From Octopus sinensis (taxonomy: Eukaryota): a stretch of DNA of 64,000 bases. The notes beneath the pieces were generated by a model that searched no databases, was not told the DNA's origin, and saw only the letters and a list, made by a program, of their open reading frames with translations. Within the stretch, counting starts at the first letter, position 1, and the number at the start of each line of letters is the position of its first letter. Made by a program: the position numbers and the translations under genes. Shown in pieces: positions 13,560 to 26,409 of the stretch. The stretch spans positions 7,998,001-8,062,000 of the forward strand of contig NC_043004.1 in the NCBI RefSeq assembly GCF_006345805.1, written 5' to 3'.

Positions 13560-13865
13560 TACCCACTGAGCCCTGTTGGGGAGCATTTTGGCTGTTTGTG
13601 CCGAGTGCACCAATTATCACAGGAATGATTGTTGTCTTCGTCTTCCACAGTCTCTTCGACTTTCCTGGCTTGATCTTGATGTTTCTCAATTTTTCCAATT
13701 CCTCTCCTATCATAGGGAATTGCAAAAATCTGTGACCTTCCACTGTTTAGTTTGTCCCTTTTAATCACCCCTGGTCTTCTTGATTTAATAACATTGGTCA
13801 GCTTTTATGGGAAAGTCCCACAAGATCTTGTAATTCATATTTTTCATCTCAGCCTCTGGTTCATA
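13560..13865 (-). mobile_element. R4/Dong-like (restriction-like endonuclease) non-LTR retrotransposon 3' fragment
   Basis: Translation ...RLWKTKTTIIPVIIGALG, the typical RLE-domain C-terminal IP.V.GALG motif. Confidence 0.7.
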
Positions 13866-13866
13866 T

Positions 13867-13944
<78 letters not shown>

Positions 13945-13952
13945 CGCTGCTG

Positions 13953-13987
<35 letters not shown>

Positions 13988-14027
13988 GCTTGCTGCTGCT
14001 GCTGCTGCTGCTGCTGCCGCCGCCACC

Positions 14028-14124
<97 letters not shown>

Positions 14125-14125
14125 A
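13866..14125. repeat. compound (TAC)n/(TGC)n/(CAC)n microsatellite
   Basis: Direct reading. Confidence 0.95.
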
Positions 14126-14610
14126 CTACGATATTTTATTTTATGATAGAAAATGTTTGGAAATAGAAGTTAAAGTCCCAATTCAACCATCAAAAAGAAC
14201 CAAAAATAACAGAAAAACAACAATAGTAATATCTTATTTCCAATGTAAGCATTCGAGTGTTTGTTCATAAATATATTTGCACTGGTGTGAACTGGTTTTG
14301 GCGCAAAACAAACCAGAACGCTAACGGATCTATAACGTGGCGGATTTGGAAATTTTTCTTCAGTAGCTCATAGTGATGAAGGTTGAGGCCCGTTGGGCCA
14401 GCACCCGAAACCATGGTATATGAGCATCTGAATGACATAATCCTTAATGGTATGCTTTTTAACTTCTTAATTATTTATCCGTCTCCCTAGCTTACTGTTA
14501 TTTTTCTGTTATTTTGGTGCCTTTTGGTGGTTGAATTGGGACTTTAACTCCTATTTCTAAACAGGTTGATACTTTCTGCATCCTTGTTTCGTGCTAAGTT
14601 ATATATATAT

Positions 14611-14764
14611 AGGCGCAGGAGTGGTAAGTTATTTGCTTACAAACCACATGGTTAAAGGTTTAGTCCCACTGCGTGGCACCTTGGGCAAGTGTCTTCTACT
14701 ATAGCCTCGGGCCGACCAATGCCTTGTGAGTGGATTTGGTAGACGGAAACTGAAAGGAGCTGTC

Positions 14765-14768
<4 letters not shown>
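14611..14768 (+). mobile_element. SINE family B, 5' half
   Basis: GGCGCAGGAGTGG...GGCACCTTGGGCAAGTG...GTCGTATA. Confidence 0.8.
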
Positions 14769-14844
<76 letters not shown>

Positions 14845-14848
14845 GTAT

Positions 14849-14898
<50 letters not shown>

Positions 14899-15448
14899 CA
14901 TACATATAATAATTAATAAGGGTGAGAGAATTAGATACTAATTTAATAGTATCTATCTACACCAAGTGGCCTAGTGCTCAGAGAAACCTGATATTATTTA
15001 ATATTTATAATATATTATAATATTTTTACAAAATAAAATAAGAGAGTGGTCACTATATGGCTCACTCTAGCACCAGTTAATCCAATAGGTTCAACCACAA
15101 AATACATGTTCCCATGAAAGTCAGTACGATTGTTAGCTCACACGGACAGGGCAAATAAAAAATAACAAAAAATACAGATTATTTTGGGACAATTGTTTCG
15201 CTATTAATGAATTAAATGTAATTTTACTTACAAAAAAAATCCACTTGTAGCTCCTCAGCCAAAACTATCTGGATGAAATCACTCAATCACACCCAGATTT
15301 TATCATAACGAAAATACGCGTGTGGTTCAATTGATTACATCCGACGTTATAATTCAATGCCCCAACTAACAGCGCGCCAACTTTCACGGAAAACAAATAC
15401 AGCATTTAGAAATAAATGCAGCATAATTATATTAATTAATAAGAGTGT

Positions 15449-15482
<34 letters not shown>

Positions 15483-15589
15483 AGAAAGAGAGAGAGAGAG
15501 AGAGTGAGAAAGCAGAGGGAGAGTGAAGGCGTGTGGTGGGGGTGTTGTACTCACGATTGTAAGACGGGAGACTCCATCATATATACTCT

Positions 15590-15775
15590 TTTATTCGTTT
15601 ATTTGTTTCAGTCATTTGATTGCGGCCATGCTGGAGCACTGCCTTTAGTCAAACAAATCGACACCAAGTCTTATTCTTTGCAAGCCTAGTACTTATTCTA
15701 TTGGTTTCTTTTGCCGAACCGTTAAATTACGGGGGTGTAAATACACCAACTTAGGTTGTCAAGCGATGGTGGGAG
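15590..15775 (-). mobile_element. SINE family B, 3' half
   Basis: TTGTTTCAGTCATTTGATTGCGGCCATGCTGGAGCAC...GTTGTCAAGCGATG, the reverse complement of 3000-3170. Confidence 0.8.
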
Positions 15776-15797
15776 GACACACACACACACACATACA

Positions 15798-15863
<66 letters not shown>

Positions 15864-16060
15864 CACACTCATACACTCATACACTCACACGCACTCATAT
15901 TCATATAAGTCTCTATGCATGTGTATTGTGTACTTTGTGTATGTGTGGGTGTACCTCTCGTTCATACACTTAAATTTTAAGAAAACTGAAGAAAAACATG
16001 TTCTTTGTTCTGTTTAACTGGAAATACGGTCAGACTCAGCAAATGAAATAATTTTCAGTC

Positions 16061-16421
16061 GTGGCACTCCGTCGGTTACGACGACGAGGGTTCCAGTTGA
16101 TCCGATCGACGGAACAGCCTGCCTCGTGACATTAACCAGCAAGTGGCTGAGCACTCCACAGACACGTGTACCCTTGATATTCAGCGTGAGACTGTGTGAC
16201 AAGGCTGGCCCTTGGAAATACAGGTACAACAAAAACAGGAAGAAAGAGTGAGAGAAAGTTGTGTTGAAAGAGTACAGCAGGGTTCGCCACCTTCCCCTGT
16301 CGGAGGCTCATGGAGCTTTAGGTGTTTTCGCTCAATAAACACTCATAACGCCCGGTCTGGGAATCGAAACTGCGACCCTACGACCACGAGTCGGCTGCCC
16401 TAACCACCGGGCCATTGCGCC
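16061..16421 (-). mobile_element. SINE family C
   Basis: Closely similar to 7665-8036. Confidence 0.85.
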
Positions 16422-16585
16422 TCCACTGTGTTTCAGTAGTTGTGTGTTGATGTGTGTATGTGCGTGTATAATTGTGTGTATGTGTGTATGTGTGTGTATA
16501 AATTTGTATAGTTTTAGTTTTATATAAAATTAGTTTGTAGCTGTATATCTGAATTAGATAACAACCACACACACACACACACGCA

Positions 16586-16625
<40 letters not shown>

Positions 16626-17339
16626 CACACATACACACCTTTGCACATCGATAACCGTTATGAACACTGAATGCTAAGACGTTCTCCCCATGCCCTCCTC
16701 ACCCCATCCTACTTAGAATGTCTCAAACGTTGTGTCGCCACGTGAACCGCTTAAACTCTTCAACTTCACTCGAGCTGCACTCAAGGTTTTGCTGCCATTT
16801 TTCTTTCTATTCGCATGCAAGGGCAAATGTTGTGAATATCCTATTCAAAAGTACGACACTTTCAAAATAGATTTGTTTAGATGAATAAAAAGCAAATAAA
16901 ACAGTAAATAGATGTTTATTGGAACCCGAAATATATTCAGATAAAATATTCTGTGTTTCGTCTTTCCAAGATTCTCATTATGTCATTATGCTGGAGAACC
17001 AATGAGTTTATGTCATTATTTTGGGAAATCAATTGACTAAAACCAACGATGTAAAACAAAAACTAAAAACTAAAACAAAACCAAGGAAAAAAAGAACAAA
17101 ACAAGAAAAATGGAAAATAAAGCAAAAATTGTGATGGTAACTCCCAACTGATCTGCGCCCTCCTCAGTTGGTTTGGAATTATTATAGCATGAAGCTTCTT
17201 GCTTGCTTCCTTTTTCTTTTTTTACCATTTTAAAGTCGAATACCATATTTTGAGGAAGAATGACGTTTTAGCATATTTCTTCTTTGCCAGAACTCTCAGC
17301 AACAGGACCACTTTTCGCGTCGTTAACAATTTGCGAATT

Positions 17340-17735
17340 CTATCACACACATACAGACACGCACGCACACACACACGCACACACGCACACACGCACACAC
17401 GCACATACACACACATGCACAGACACAGACACACACATACGCACGCACACGCACACAGGCACATGCGCGCACATACATACACACACACACGCACAGAAAC
17501 ATATACACGCACGCACACACGCATACGCACGTACACACAGACACATACAAAAACACAGAAACACTCACACACAGACACGCAGACACACACAGAAACACAC
17601 GTACAGTCACTCACGCACTCACATACACACAGACACAAACGTGCAGACACACACACAAACACTCGCACACACGCAGACACACAAACACATACATACAGAA
17701 ACACACACACACAGTCACTCACACACACACATATT
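17340..17735. repeat. degenerate (CA)n/(CACG)n compound microsatellite
   Basis: Direct reading; source of the spurious HT/CV ORFs. Confidence 0.9.
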
Positions 17736-18289
17736 ACTAACCGAGCGTTGTGTCTCATTAGAAACCTATAGAAACTACGGCGAAGCGGAATCCCTTCGCT
17801 TTACCCTCGAGGAAGTATAAAAGGCTTAATAATGACTGCCATATTTTGCCAATTGTAAATACAATCTCAATCCTTATCCGAGCCACATTAATTCCTGCCT
17901 GTGTCCGCTTTCTGTCGAACTAATCCAATGATAGACACGGCCTTTTCCCCTGTGAAAAGAATATCGGATCATTTCAGGAACTAGAATGAATGTGTGTGTG
18001 TGTTTGTGACTGTTGTGCGTATACACACACCTATATACATACACACGTACATATGTATATGTATCCCTAGATGGACGAGAACAAATGAAATTATTATACT
18101 TAGTGTAGTCAACAGCGTCACGTCAGAATAAAGAGTTGAAAATGTCGACACCGAGGAGCAATCAGTTATGTTTAACAAAGTAGATTTATAGCAGTGAATA
18201 AATAAAAAAAACTATATTCCACACGGCGATTGGATTTTAGTCAATAACTATTAATAAAGTGTTGCATTGTTTTGATTTTCTAAAAGAGT

Positions 18290-18560
18290 TACTTAAGGTA
18301 ATAAGCATTCATCAGCCCTGTGCCCTCCGTGTGTCCAGGGGTCGGCTTTCAAAGATTCCCTCTGTGTTATGTTGCATACATACGATCAACAAGGCTCTTC
18401 TTTTCAATTCATTCTTTGATATCGTCAGTCAACAAGCGTCTTTGACTGCTTCTTGTTCTCTTCTCCACACTTCCTGCTAGAATGGTCTGTGGAATTTCAT
18501 CTTTTCTAGTGCTGCTACATTTGTTACCCTACCTTTCGACCTTATTCTACCCGATACACG
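18290..18560 (-). mobile_element. RTE LINE 3' end, decayed
   Basis: Minus translation ...RVTNVAAL...TILAGSVEKRTRSSQRRLLTDDIKE, like the RTE G.R.RGR....W.DDIKEW motif. Confidence 0.6.
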
Positions 18561-19384
18561 AAAGATCGATATCTCAAAGGGACAATATCGATAACACTGC
18601 TAAAACTCGTTTCAGTTGGTGTGCTTTAGCGTCAGATCAGCTCTGACGAAGCAGCTTTAAGACTAGAACATTCTATCAATGATTATTTTGGCGCTTTTCT
18701 CTTTTTGACTTTTTGACGGACTGTGATATCTAGAAATACAATATCTAATCGCACTTCAAGTTGATGATAACAAGCATACACGCATTCTTATGGATATTCT
18801 CAGCCTGTACACATGCAATTGTACATACGTATCTTGACACACACACATCGCACATGTGATTAGCAGCTGCCCCAAAATGCATTCAAGGTGTTGCTTTCCT
18901 AAGCAACATGACTGGCATTTGCCCCACCAAGTCCTTATGTTTTTTCAATGCGTTATGATCATCTTGCTATCACAATATACAATGCTATTGATTGGGAGAC
19001 TGCACCAGGTTTAATAAAAAAGAGTATATTCATTGATGTGAACACAAGAAATATTTGTGGGACAGTCCCCTTAACACTTTGACCATATGCAAACATAGCA
19101 CGTCTGTCAGAGTTGCTTGGGAAAGAAGGATAAAAATGCGGACAATTATGATAGGTCGTAATATAATACCTATAAAGGAGAAAAATATTTAAAACTTACT
19201 AAGGATGCGAATTCCTACTTAGATCATAAATTTACATGTTCCATAATTATTGGTTCACTTGTTTTACTAAACGAAGATCTCGAAAATATGGGATTTTAAG
19301 GCAAACAAAGCGACCCGCGACGACAAGGGGGTAATACAAATATGAAAGATTTTTTAAGTTAAAAATGTATTTCTTAATTATTCT

Positions 19385-19730
19385 GTGCACACAAAAAGGT
19401 CATTGTCATTCATCTTGATCGTTACATTCTTCCTTAGATCTCTTTTGAGTCTTGCGTTATTCTGGCCTCTTCAAATGCTTTTACTCCACTCCACACCTTT
19501 GTTCACCTTCCAACTCGATCCAAAGCAAGAGTTTCTGTATCTTCTGGAAACATTCCAAGTAACTTCATAGTAATCTTTATGCCATCCTTAAACCTTTTTT
19601 TAAGGTTTACACCGATAGCGTGTCCTCTCTGCAAGCTTACCATAAAACAGCTGTTTCGGCATGCATTCATCTGCCATTCGAACTATATGGCCACATCATC
19701 TCAATTGGTTCCTCTAAACCATGGCATACA
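19385..19730 (-). mobile_element. RTE (BovB-like) LINE 3' fragment, decayed
   Basis: Minus translation QLR*CGHIVRMADECMPKQLFYGKL...KRFKDGIK matches QLRW.GH..RM...R.PK..FYGEL. Confidence 0.75.
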
Positions 19731-20164
19731 TACATAAAGGCATACACACACACACACATACAAATATTTATATAAAATCAAAGAGTAGAAGTTTTGGTGT
19801 TACCTTTAATTCTTTTATTACGTTCGTTTAAATACTAGATGGACTATACACTTCATGAAATTGAATATTAAATGAATATAAATGAATTCATTATATTATA
19901 ATATATTATTAATGTAAGCCATGCGCATTCCTCTGACAAAGTCCAAAAAATATTACTTTTGAGACTTTATCAGACGTCAAGCGCATGGCTTGCATTAATA
20001 TTCACATTCATGCAATATATATTCCATATGGTATTGAAACAAATGTAATGAAAGAATTAAATGTAACATCATAGCTTTCACTTTTTGATTTAGTCTATTC
20101 ATGCTCTACGACAAATTTATTTGACCTGGAACTTACGTCTCTATGGATTGTTTCTTTCTTTAAG

Positions 20165-20202
20165 ATAAACCATCTTCGGATTAGTCGGTATCTGCGGGAA
20201 TG
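20165..20202 (+). other. candidate 38-nt micro-exon
   Basis: Acceptor TTGTTTCTTTCTTTAAG and donor GTGAGT in apparently unique sequence; one open frame INHLRISRYLRE, no recognised homology. Confidence 0.25.
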
Positions 20203-21214
20203 GTGAGTCAGTATTTTTAAATCCTCATTTATCTGATACATACATGAAGAAATCCCTATTAGAAATTCCAGTCATAGGGTTTCAGTTATTCGATCAACTA
20301 AGCTACAGACTCACTGAATTTGTGTATAAGCGGCAGAGTATTCCATAGACATATATAATATGAAAGTAATTCTAAGCGTGACGTAGAATGACATAAATTG
20401 ACAGGGCTTGGCTTTTGATCGACGATACGTCTTACAGGCTTCCTCACAGTTTCTGTCTTCTCGATTTCACTCACAAGGTTTGGAGCGAACAGAAGCTTTA
20501 GAAAATGATACTTGTCTGAGAGGTTACGAAGCGGGATAGAACCCGAGTCTACGTGATTGCGAAGTGAAATTGTTTTACGATTCGGCTATACTGCGCTTAC
20601 ATACACATGCATATTTGAACTCAGAACGTAGCGGCAGACGAAATACCGCTAAGCATTCTGGCAGCTCGCCGTCTTCGGCATGCTAACGACTCTGCCATCT
20701 CGTCGCCTTGAACTCACGTAACTACTATTACGGTGCATTGCATGTAGATGACATCCATGCACAAATATGTCCAGCCATAAGAAAGAAAGTAAGAGAAATT
20801 CCCAATGGAATTTATCAATTCTGTTAATGTCATTTCAAAAGGAATCTACATCGGTTCAAAAAGACATTTCTCATGCATCTTTAAAACAATGGAGAGAAGT
20901 AGCGAAATAGTTTTGGTGTTCAACGGTAAAAACTGCTTCATGGAACAATAGCACCTTCGCAAGGGTCGGTGAATGTGGCACTGAAATATGCTTCTTCAAA
21001 AAGAAGACGTGATACGCTGTCTTTGAGAAACTTCTTTTTAACACGTCTAATATAAGACTAGGTATGCGTACGTGAATATATGACAACATACAAACACGCA
21101 CACATGCACGCACGCACACACAGACACACACACACATGCACGCACACACACGTACATAGAATAATATACGAAACGGTTGCATATGAATGCAGTGAACGCC
21201 AACGGCATGCATAT

Positions 21215-22400
21215 CTATTTTATTCAGTTTTCTTTCAAGGTTTCTTTCTAATAGGGAAAAAAACGGTTTCTAACCTAGATCCAAGGCTCCTTCATTGGAC
21301 TTTCAATATCAACAGCAGGGTATTTTTGTATGTATGTATGTATGTATGTATGTATGTATGTATGTATGTATGTATGTATGTATGTATGTATATGTGTGTG
21401 TGTATGTATGTGTGTGTGTATGTATTTATGTATGTATGTATGTACGCATGTGTGTATGTATGTATGTACACATGTATGTATGTGCTGATTTACATGTTTT
21501 GTTTTATGTATGTCTTCTCATGCATATACTTGCATATCTAGACATGCTCATATATATTTAAATGATAAACTTCTGGAAAGTTTTACAGAGTTTTACAGTT
21601 CCAGTGATAGATTGAATCTGTAGTCTTCGAATTAGCTTTCTCCTTTCTGGTTTTGAGATGCTTAATTTCTCAAGATTCATTTTTAGGCAGTGCATTACAT
21701 ATCTCAGTGTTCAAATAATTACAGGTATATACCTGAATTTGTAATCTGGATAAAGTAACTGCAGATTTCTCAATAGTTCAGCGTATGTGTTCTCTTTATC
21801 ACTGATCTTCGGCTTTATGTTAACATCCGCTAATTTCCACAACTGTGCACAGTTTCACTTCTCTGTTCCAAATCATTATATCAGGTCTGTTGTGCTTACA
21901 GTTTATTGAGGTTTTCACTGGAACATTCCACCAGTATTCCTTTTTATTATGAGTGACTATGACGTCTACCATACTGCGGGTTCTAATTTCTTTGTATTCG
22001 GGGTTATCCTTCTGGCGGATTTCATTATAGAGTGCCCTAGCTACAACATAACGTCTCATCGGTAGATAATACTGTGATGACATTTTCGGACAACTTCTTA
22101 TGCTGTGAATGATACCTTTGGTGTAAACTCCACAAAGTCTGCATCGGTTGTTACAATTTACTGGTTTTAATGCATCTGTATCTCTTTTGTGCATCAGGTA
22201 TTTGGTTGATATTTCTCGTTCCTGGATTGCAAACGCATACCCTTCAAAGTGGGAGGTAGCAATCTGGTTATTGGTCCATGGTAAACTGCTTTGATGATCA
22301 ATGTTACTCTCATCTCTGAGCTTTCTACTAACACATCTATGCATAGTCTTCTGCGCATACATGCATTTTGCATTTGCGATACTGTATTCTATCGATGATA
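21215..22400 (-). mobile_element. R4/Dong-like RLE non-LTR retrotransposon, 5'-truncated, with 3' UTR containing (CATA)n
   Basis: CRLC...IIHSIRSCPK zinc motif, KHNRPDIMIW...VVEIS PD-(D/E)xK nuclease, then YAELLRNLQLLYPDYKF. The terminal ~110 bp recurs at 48770-48885. Confidence 0.8.
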
Positions 22401-22569
22401 ATACAATCACTCTTTCTGTTTCATTTCAAGATGGTGGCCCACGACGAAGTCAGGTCAGCTATGGCTTTGACTATTCTCACTGGAACCTTAGCAAGTTGAA
22501 GGGCTTCTAGCATCCGTGAGTGGGGAACAGAGTCAAATACTTTCCTGTAATCTAGCCACATTGAAACTA

Positions 22570-23427
22570 GGGATAAGCTCTATAGGCATGGCTCGAGAAA
22601 CACGGGGGCCGACCTGCCCGAGATGCGGTCAGAGCGACGAAACCGTTCTGCACGCACTCGTGCAGTGTCCAACAATTTCCGACCTGTGGGCTTATGTCGA
22701 ACAACTGCTGTCACGTGGGACGAGTCGGTTTATCAGCCGAGTCTATCGTCAATATTGTCACGCCTCCTTCCTTCAAGCGGGAAGGAAGAGCTATTTTCAT
22801 CATCCTTGTGGCTATGGCGAAAGAATGTATCTGGTGGACGCGTCTGAAAGGATTGGGGACAAACACTTTCCTCCCTGGTCAATCTCTCATCAACTTATTC
22901 AAATATCACTTGAAAAGGAAAGTGAGAGTAGAGAGGCAAGTTTTGTCTAGCGAATGTTTTTAAAAAAGATGGGTGAATGTAGCAAGGATGGCACGTATGA
23001 ATGACGAAGCCACCTTGAGCATAATCCTATAAACCAAGAAATTGAAAACAGAGGGTTACTCACTTGCAAACAAATGTGATAACATGTAACAATATTGACC
23101 GAGGTTACCGTGGTCTTTTCCGTAGGCTTTTCTTCCCACAGATAAACCTTATCTGCTCCCCCCTTTACACCGTACACCATGACACTGTGATACGCGATCC
23201 CTATTATCGTTTTTTTTCTTTTTCCCCTTTTTTCCTTTCTTTTTTTCTCATTTTTTCTTTTTTCTTTTCTTTTGTTCCTTTTCCTTTTTTCTTTTTTTTC
23301 TTCTTTCCCTCTTACGATCCCTTTTGATCGAAAACCTACCCCACTTTTTTTTCTCCAAAAAAAAGAAAAGCTCTACTTTGTAATCTGTCCCGTCTGTGTG
23401 CAGCCCTGTATGGCTAATAAAGAAACA

Positions 23428-23430
<3 letters not shown>
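22570..23430 (+). mobile_element. Tx1/L1-clade LINE 3' end (ORF2 C-terminal zinc domain plus 3' UTR), followed by (TATC)n
   Basis: RDKLYRHG...TCPRCGQSDETVLHALVQCP is a zf-RVT-like CCHC; AATAAA at 23416, then (TATC)n to about 23513. Confidence 0.8.
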
Positions 23431-23513
<83 letters not shown>

Positions 23514-23598
23514 AATACAATGTTTATTTAAACACATAAGTGGCATCCATCATAGGACTCCTTGCACGCTTGAGAGAACAGTTAGATCCCTAATCACT

Positions 23599-24520
23599 AT
23601 TGATAAAGGGTAACCACCCTGAAGCATGTCTGCAGATGTCTGACCATCAAGGTGAAGCGGCTGACCTCCCCTGTTCGAAGGTTATAATGGACGCAGGTTC
23701 GTGTGTCATATAGCTAGCTAGAGGCGATGGCCTCTTGGAGCTAATCAGCGGCAGCTTTAGTCTTTTATTTATAGACTACCATATTAGCTTGGCGATAACT
23801 ATTAATATCCAGTAACGCTGCCATAATCTCCTTTGGAGAGACTTAGAAACTTTAATATTTCTATTTTTGAAAACAAGTGGATGTATTCCACTGAAATTAG
23901 GTAAATAAATCCTTCGAACAGACGGTCGGTAGCGATACCTGCTGGGTCTGACTATTCTGCATTGATAAAGGGCAACTACCCTGAAACATGTCTGCAGATG
24001 TCTGACCAGCAAGGTGAAGCGGCTGACCTCCCCTGTTCGAAGGTTATAATGGACGCAGGTTCGTGTGTCATATAGCTAGCTAGAGGCGATGGCCTCTTGG
24101 AGCTAATCAGCGGCAGCTTTAGTCTTTTATTTATAGATTACCATATTAGCTTGGCGATAACTATTAATATCCAGTAACGCTGCCGTAATCTCCTTTAGAG
24201 AGACTTAGAAACTTTAATATTTCTATTTTTGAAAACAAGTGGATGTATTCCACTGAAATTAGGTAAATAAATCCTTCGAACAGACGGTCGGTAGCGAACC
24301 TGCTGGGTCTGACTACTCTGCATTGATACCCTGAAACATGTCTGCAGATGTCTGACCAGCAAGGTGAAGCGGCTGACCTCCCCTGTTCGAAGGTTATAAT
24401 GGACGCAGGTTCGTGTGTCATATAGCTAGCTAGAGGCAATGGCCTCTTGGAGCTAATCAGCGGCAGCTTTAGTCTTTCATTTATAGACTATCATATTAGC
24501 TTGACGATAACTATTAATAT
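23599..24520 (+). repeat. tandem array of ~361-bp units (about 2.5 copies), one hammerhead motif per unit; retrozyme or Penelope-pLTR-like
   Basis: TTGATA core starts at 23600, 23962 and 24323 (periods 362 and 361); units are nearly identical; array ends in (TA)n. Confidence 0.92.
23956..23998 (+). ncRNA. minimal type I hammerhead ribozyme, U3:A8 core variant, predicted GUC cleavage after 23992
   Basis: UCUGCA-UUGAUAA-AGGG(CAACUA)CCCU-GAAAC-AU-GUC/UGCAGA: 6-bp helix I, 4-bp helix II, palindromic helix III ACAUGU. Confidence 0.8.
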
Positions 24521-24522
24521 AT

Positions 24523-24579
<57 letters not shown>

Positions 24580-24623
24580 GATATATATATATATATTATA
24601 TATATATAATATATATATATATC

Positions 24624-24659
<36 letters not shown>

Positions 24660-25401
24660 ATATGTATGTATGTATGGATGTATGTATGTATGTATGTATG
24701 TATGTATGTATTATGTATGTATGTATGTATGTATGTATGTATGTATGTATTATGTATGTATGTATGTATGTATGTATGTATGTATGTATGTATGTATGTA
24801 CATTGTCTGTGTGCGCTTGAGCATGTAAACATGTATGAACCTATGAATGTATGCGAGTATGTATACAGATAGACACACACACATACACACATATATACAC
24901 ACGCGTTTATTTACGAATAACCTATAGCTGCATATGTTTAGTCCTTATTTCAGTTTTATGGGCGTCTGGAGGAGGTTCTATCAAAATATGTAAAAATAAA
25001 TAAAGATCACATTTTGCATGGCAGTTGTAGTTTTTCCGTCCATTCCGACCATTTTTTCGAATAAATCTCTCCCCGTTACCTGATACTAAATATGAGGCAT
25101 AGCACCGAGTCCGTGCTTGCTTTAGCAGCAAGAATCTATGTTGGGTTATAACCTCTTTAAAGAGACTCCCTCCTTTCCAAATACTGGAAATGGTAAAGGT
25201 TGTCGAAGAATGAGAAGAATCAGAGTAGAACGGAGTAGAAATTCATATTTTCTGATGACACACAACTATTCATAAATTCCCTAAAAGACCACACACGCAT
25301 GCGCATCCATGCAGCCACATACATACGCGCACACACATGCAAGCACATATACATATACATATAACAAAGCAAACGCGCATATATATATTATATATATATA
25401 T

Positions 25402-25440
<39 letters not shown>

Positions 25441-25605
25441 ACATGTGCATGAACATACGTTGCTATTTAAATGTGTGTTGGATTGTTCGTGTGTGCGTGT
25501 GTGTGTGTATTTAGATTATGCCGTAACGCTTCTTAGTTCCCTGATGCTTTCTCATTTCCCGATATTGATATGCACGCATGCACACGCACGTATACACACG
25601 CACAT

Positions 25606-25638
<33 letters not shown>

Positions 25639-26409
25639 GAATACATATAAACATAAATATATACATGAATATACATATACATAAATCTATACATAAACCG
25701 CTCGCAAGTAAACGTGTACCCCCACACATATATACACACAAGCAAGCACAGTTGAATACATATTTAAAACCATCAAAAAGCTGATTATTTATCGATTAAG
25801 GAAACTTTCTTGACGATCCCTGGTAAATTTTAACCGATTGTTAACAAAAGAAATAATAGTTCACATTTTATTTCATTCTTCTATCACACCGAAATAGAAC
25901 ATCGGCAAGTGTTAATTTTATAGATTTGTAGTTTCGGCCATTTTTTCATTATTTTAGCGCTCACATTTATCCTTTTACATTTCGTTAAATTTTAACGCAA
26001 TATTAATCTTTTTCATGGATAAAATTTGATTTATTAATGACTTTATTGCCTTAATCTCAGACTTAGTGGCTGGTAAACTGGTCGTCTAAGATTTTTCATA
26101 ATAAAATAATTTTATCAAAGTAAAGGCTATTTGCCAACTGTAAAGAACTGTTACTGAATGTCTCTCTTTGAGAAATTTAAAAATAATAATATTTCAAATA
26201 ATTTTTTTTGTGCCTTGTATTTTTAGTTTTTGAATTTGGAACCCAAAGTCAGCTGTGATGCAATTTTGTTTCAGTATGTTTTCACCATCTTAGTTTATGA
26301 ATGACTTTCGCTCCGACTTGCTGACAGTTGTTCGCATTTGTCTCTCAGCTGTGAGTTAAACACCATACACACACGTGCAATAAATCAAATCTGTTACCTT
26401 CTTCATATA

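Noticed and set aside
17806-17813. TATAAAAG TATA-box-like motif
   Set aside because: A single short motif in AT-rich DNA with no supporting transcript evidence.
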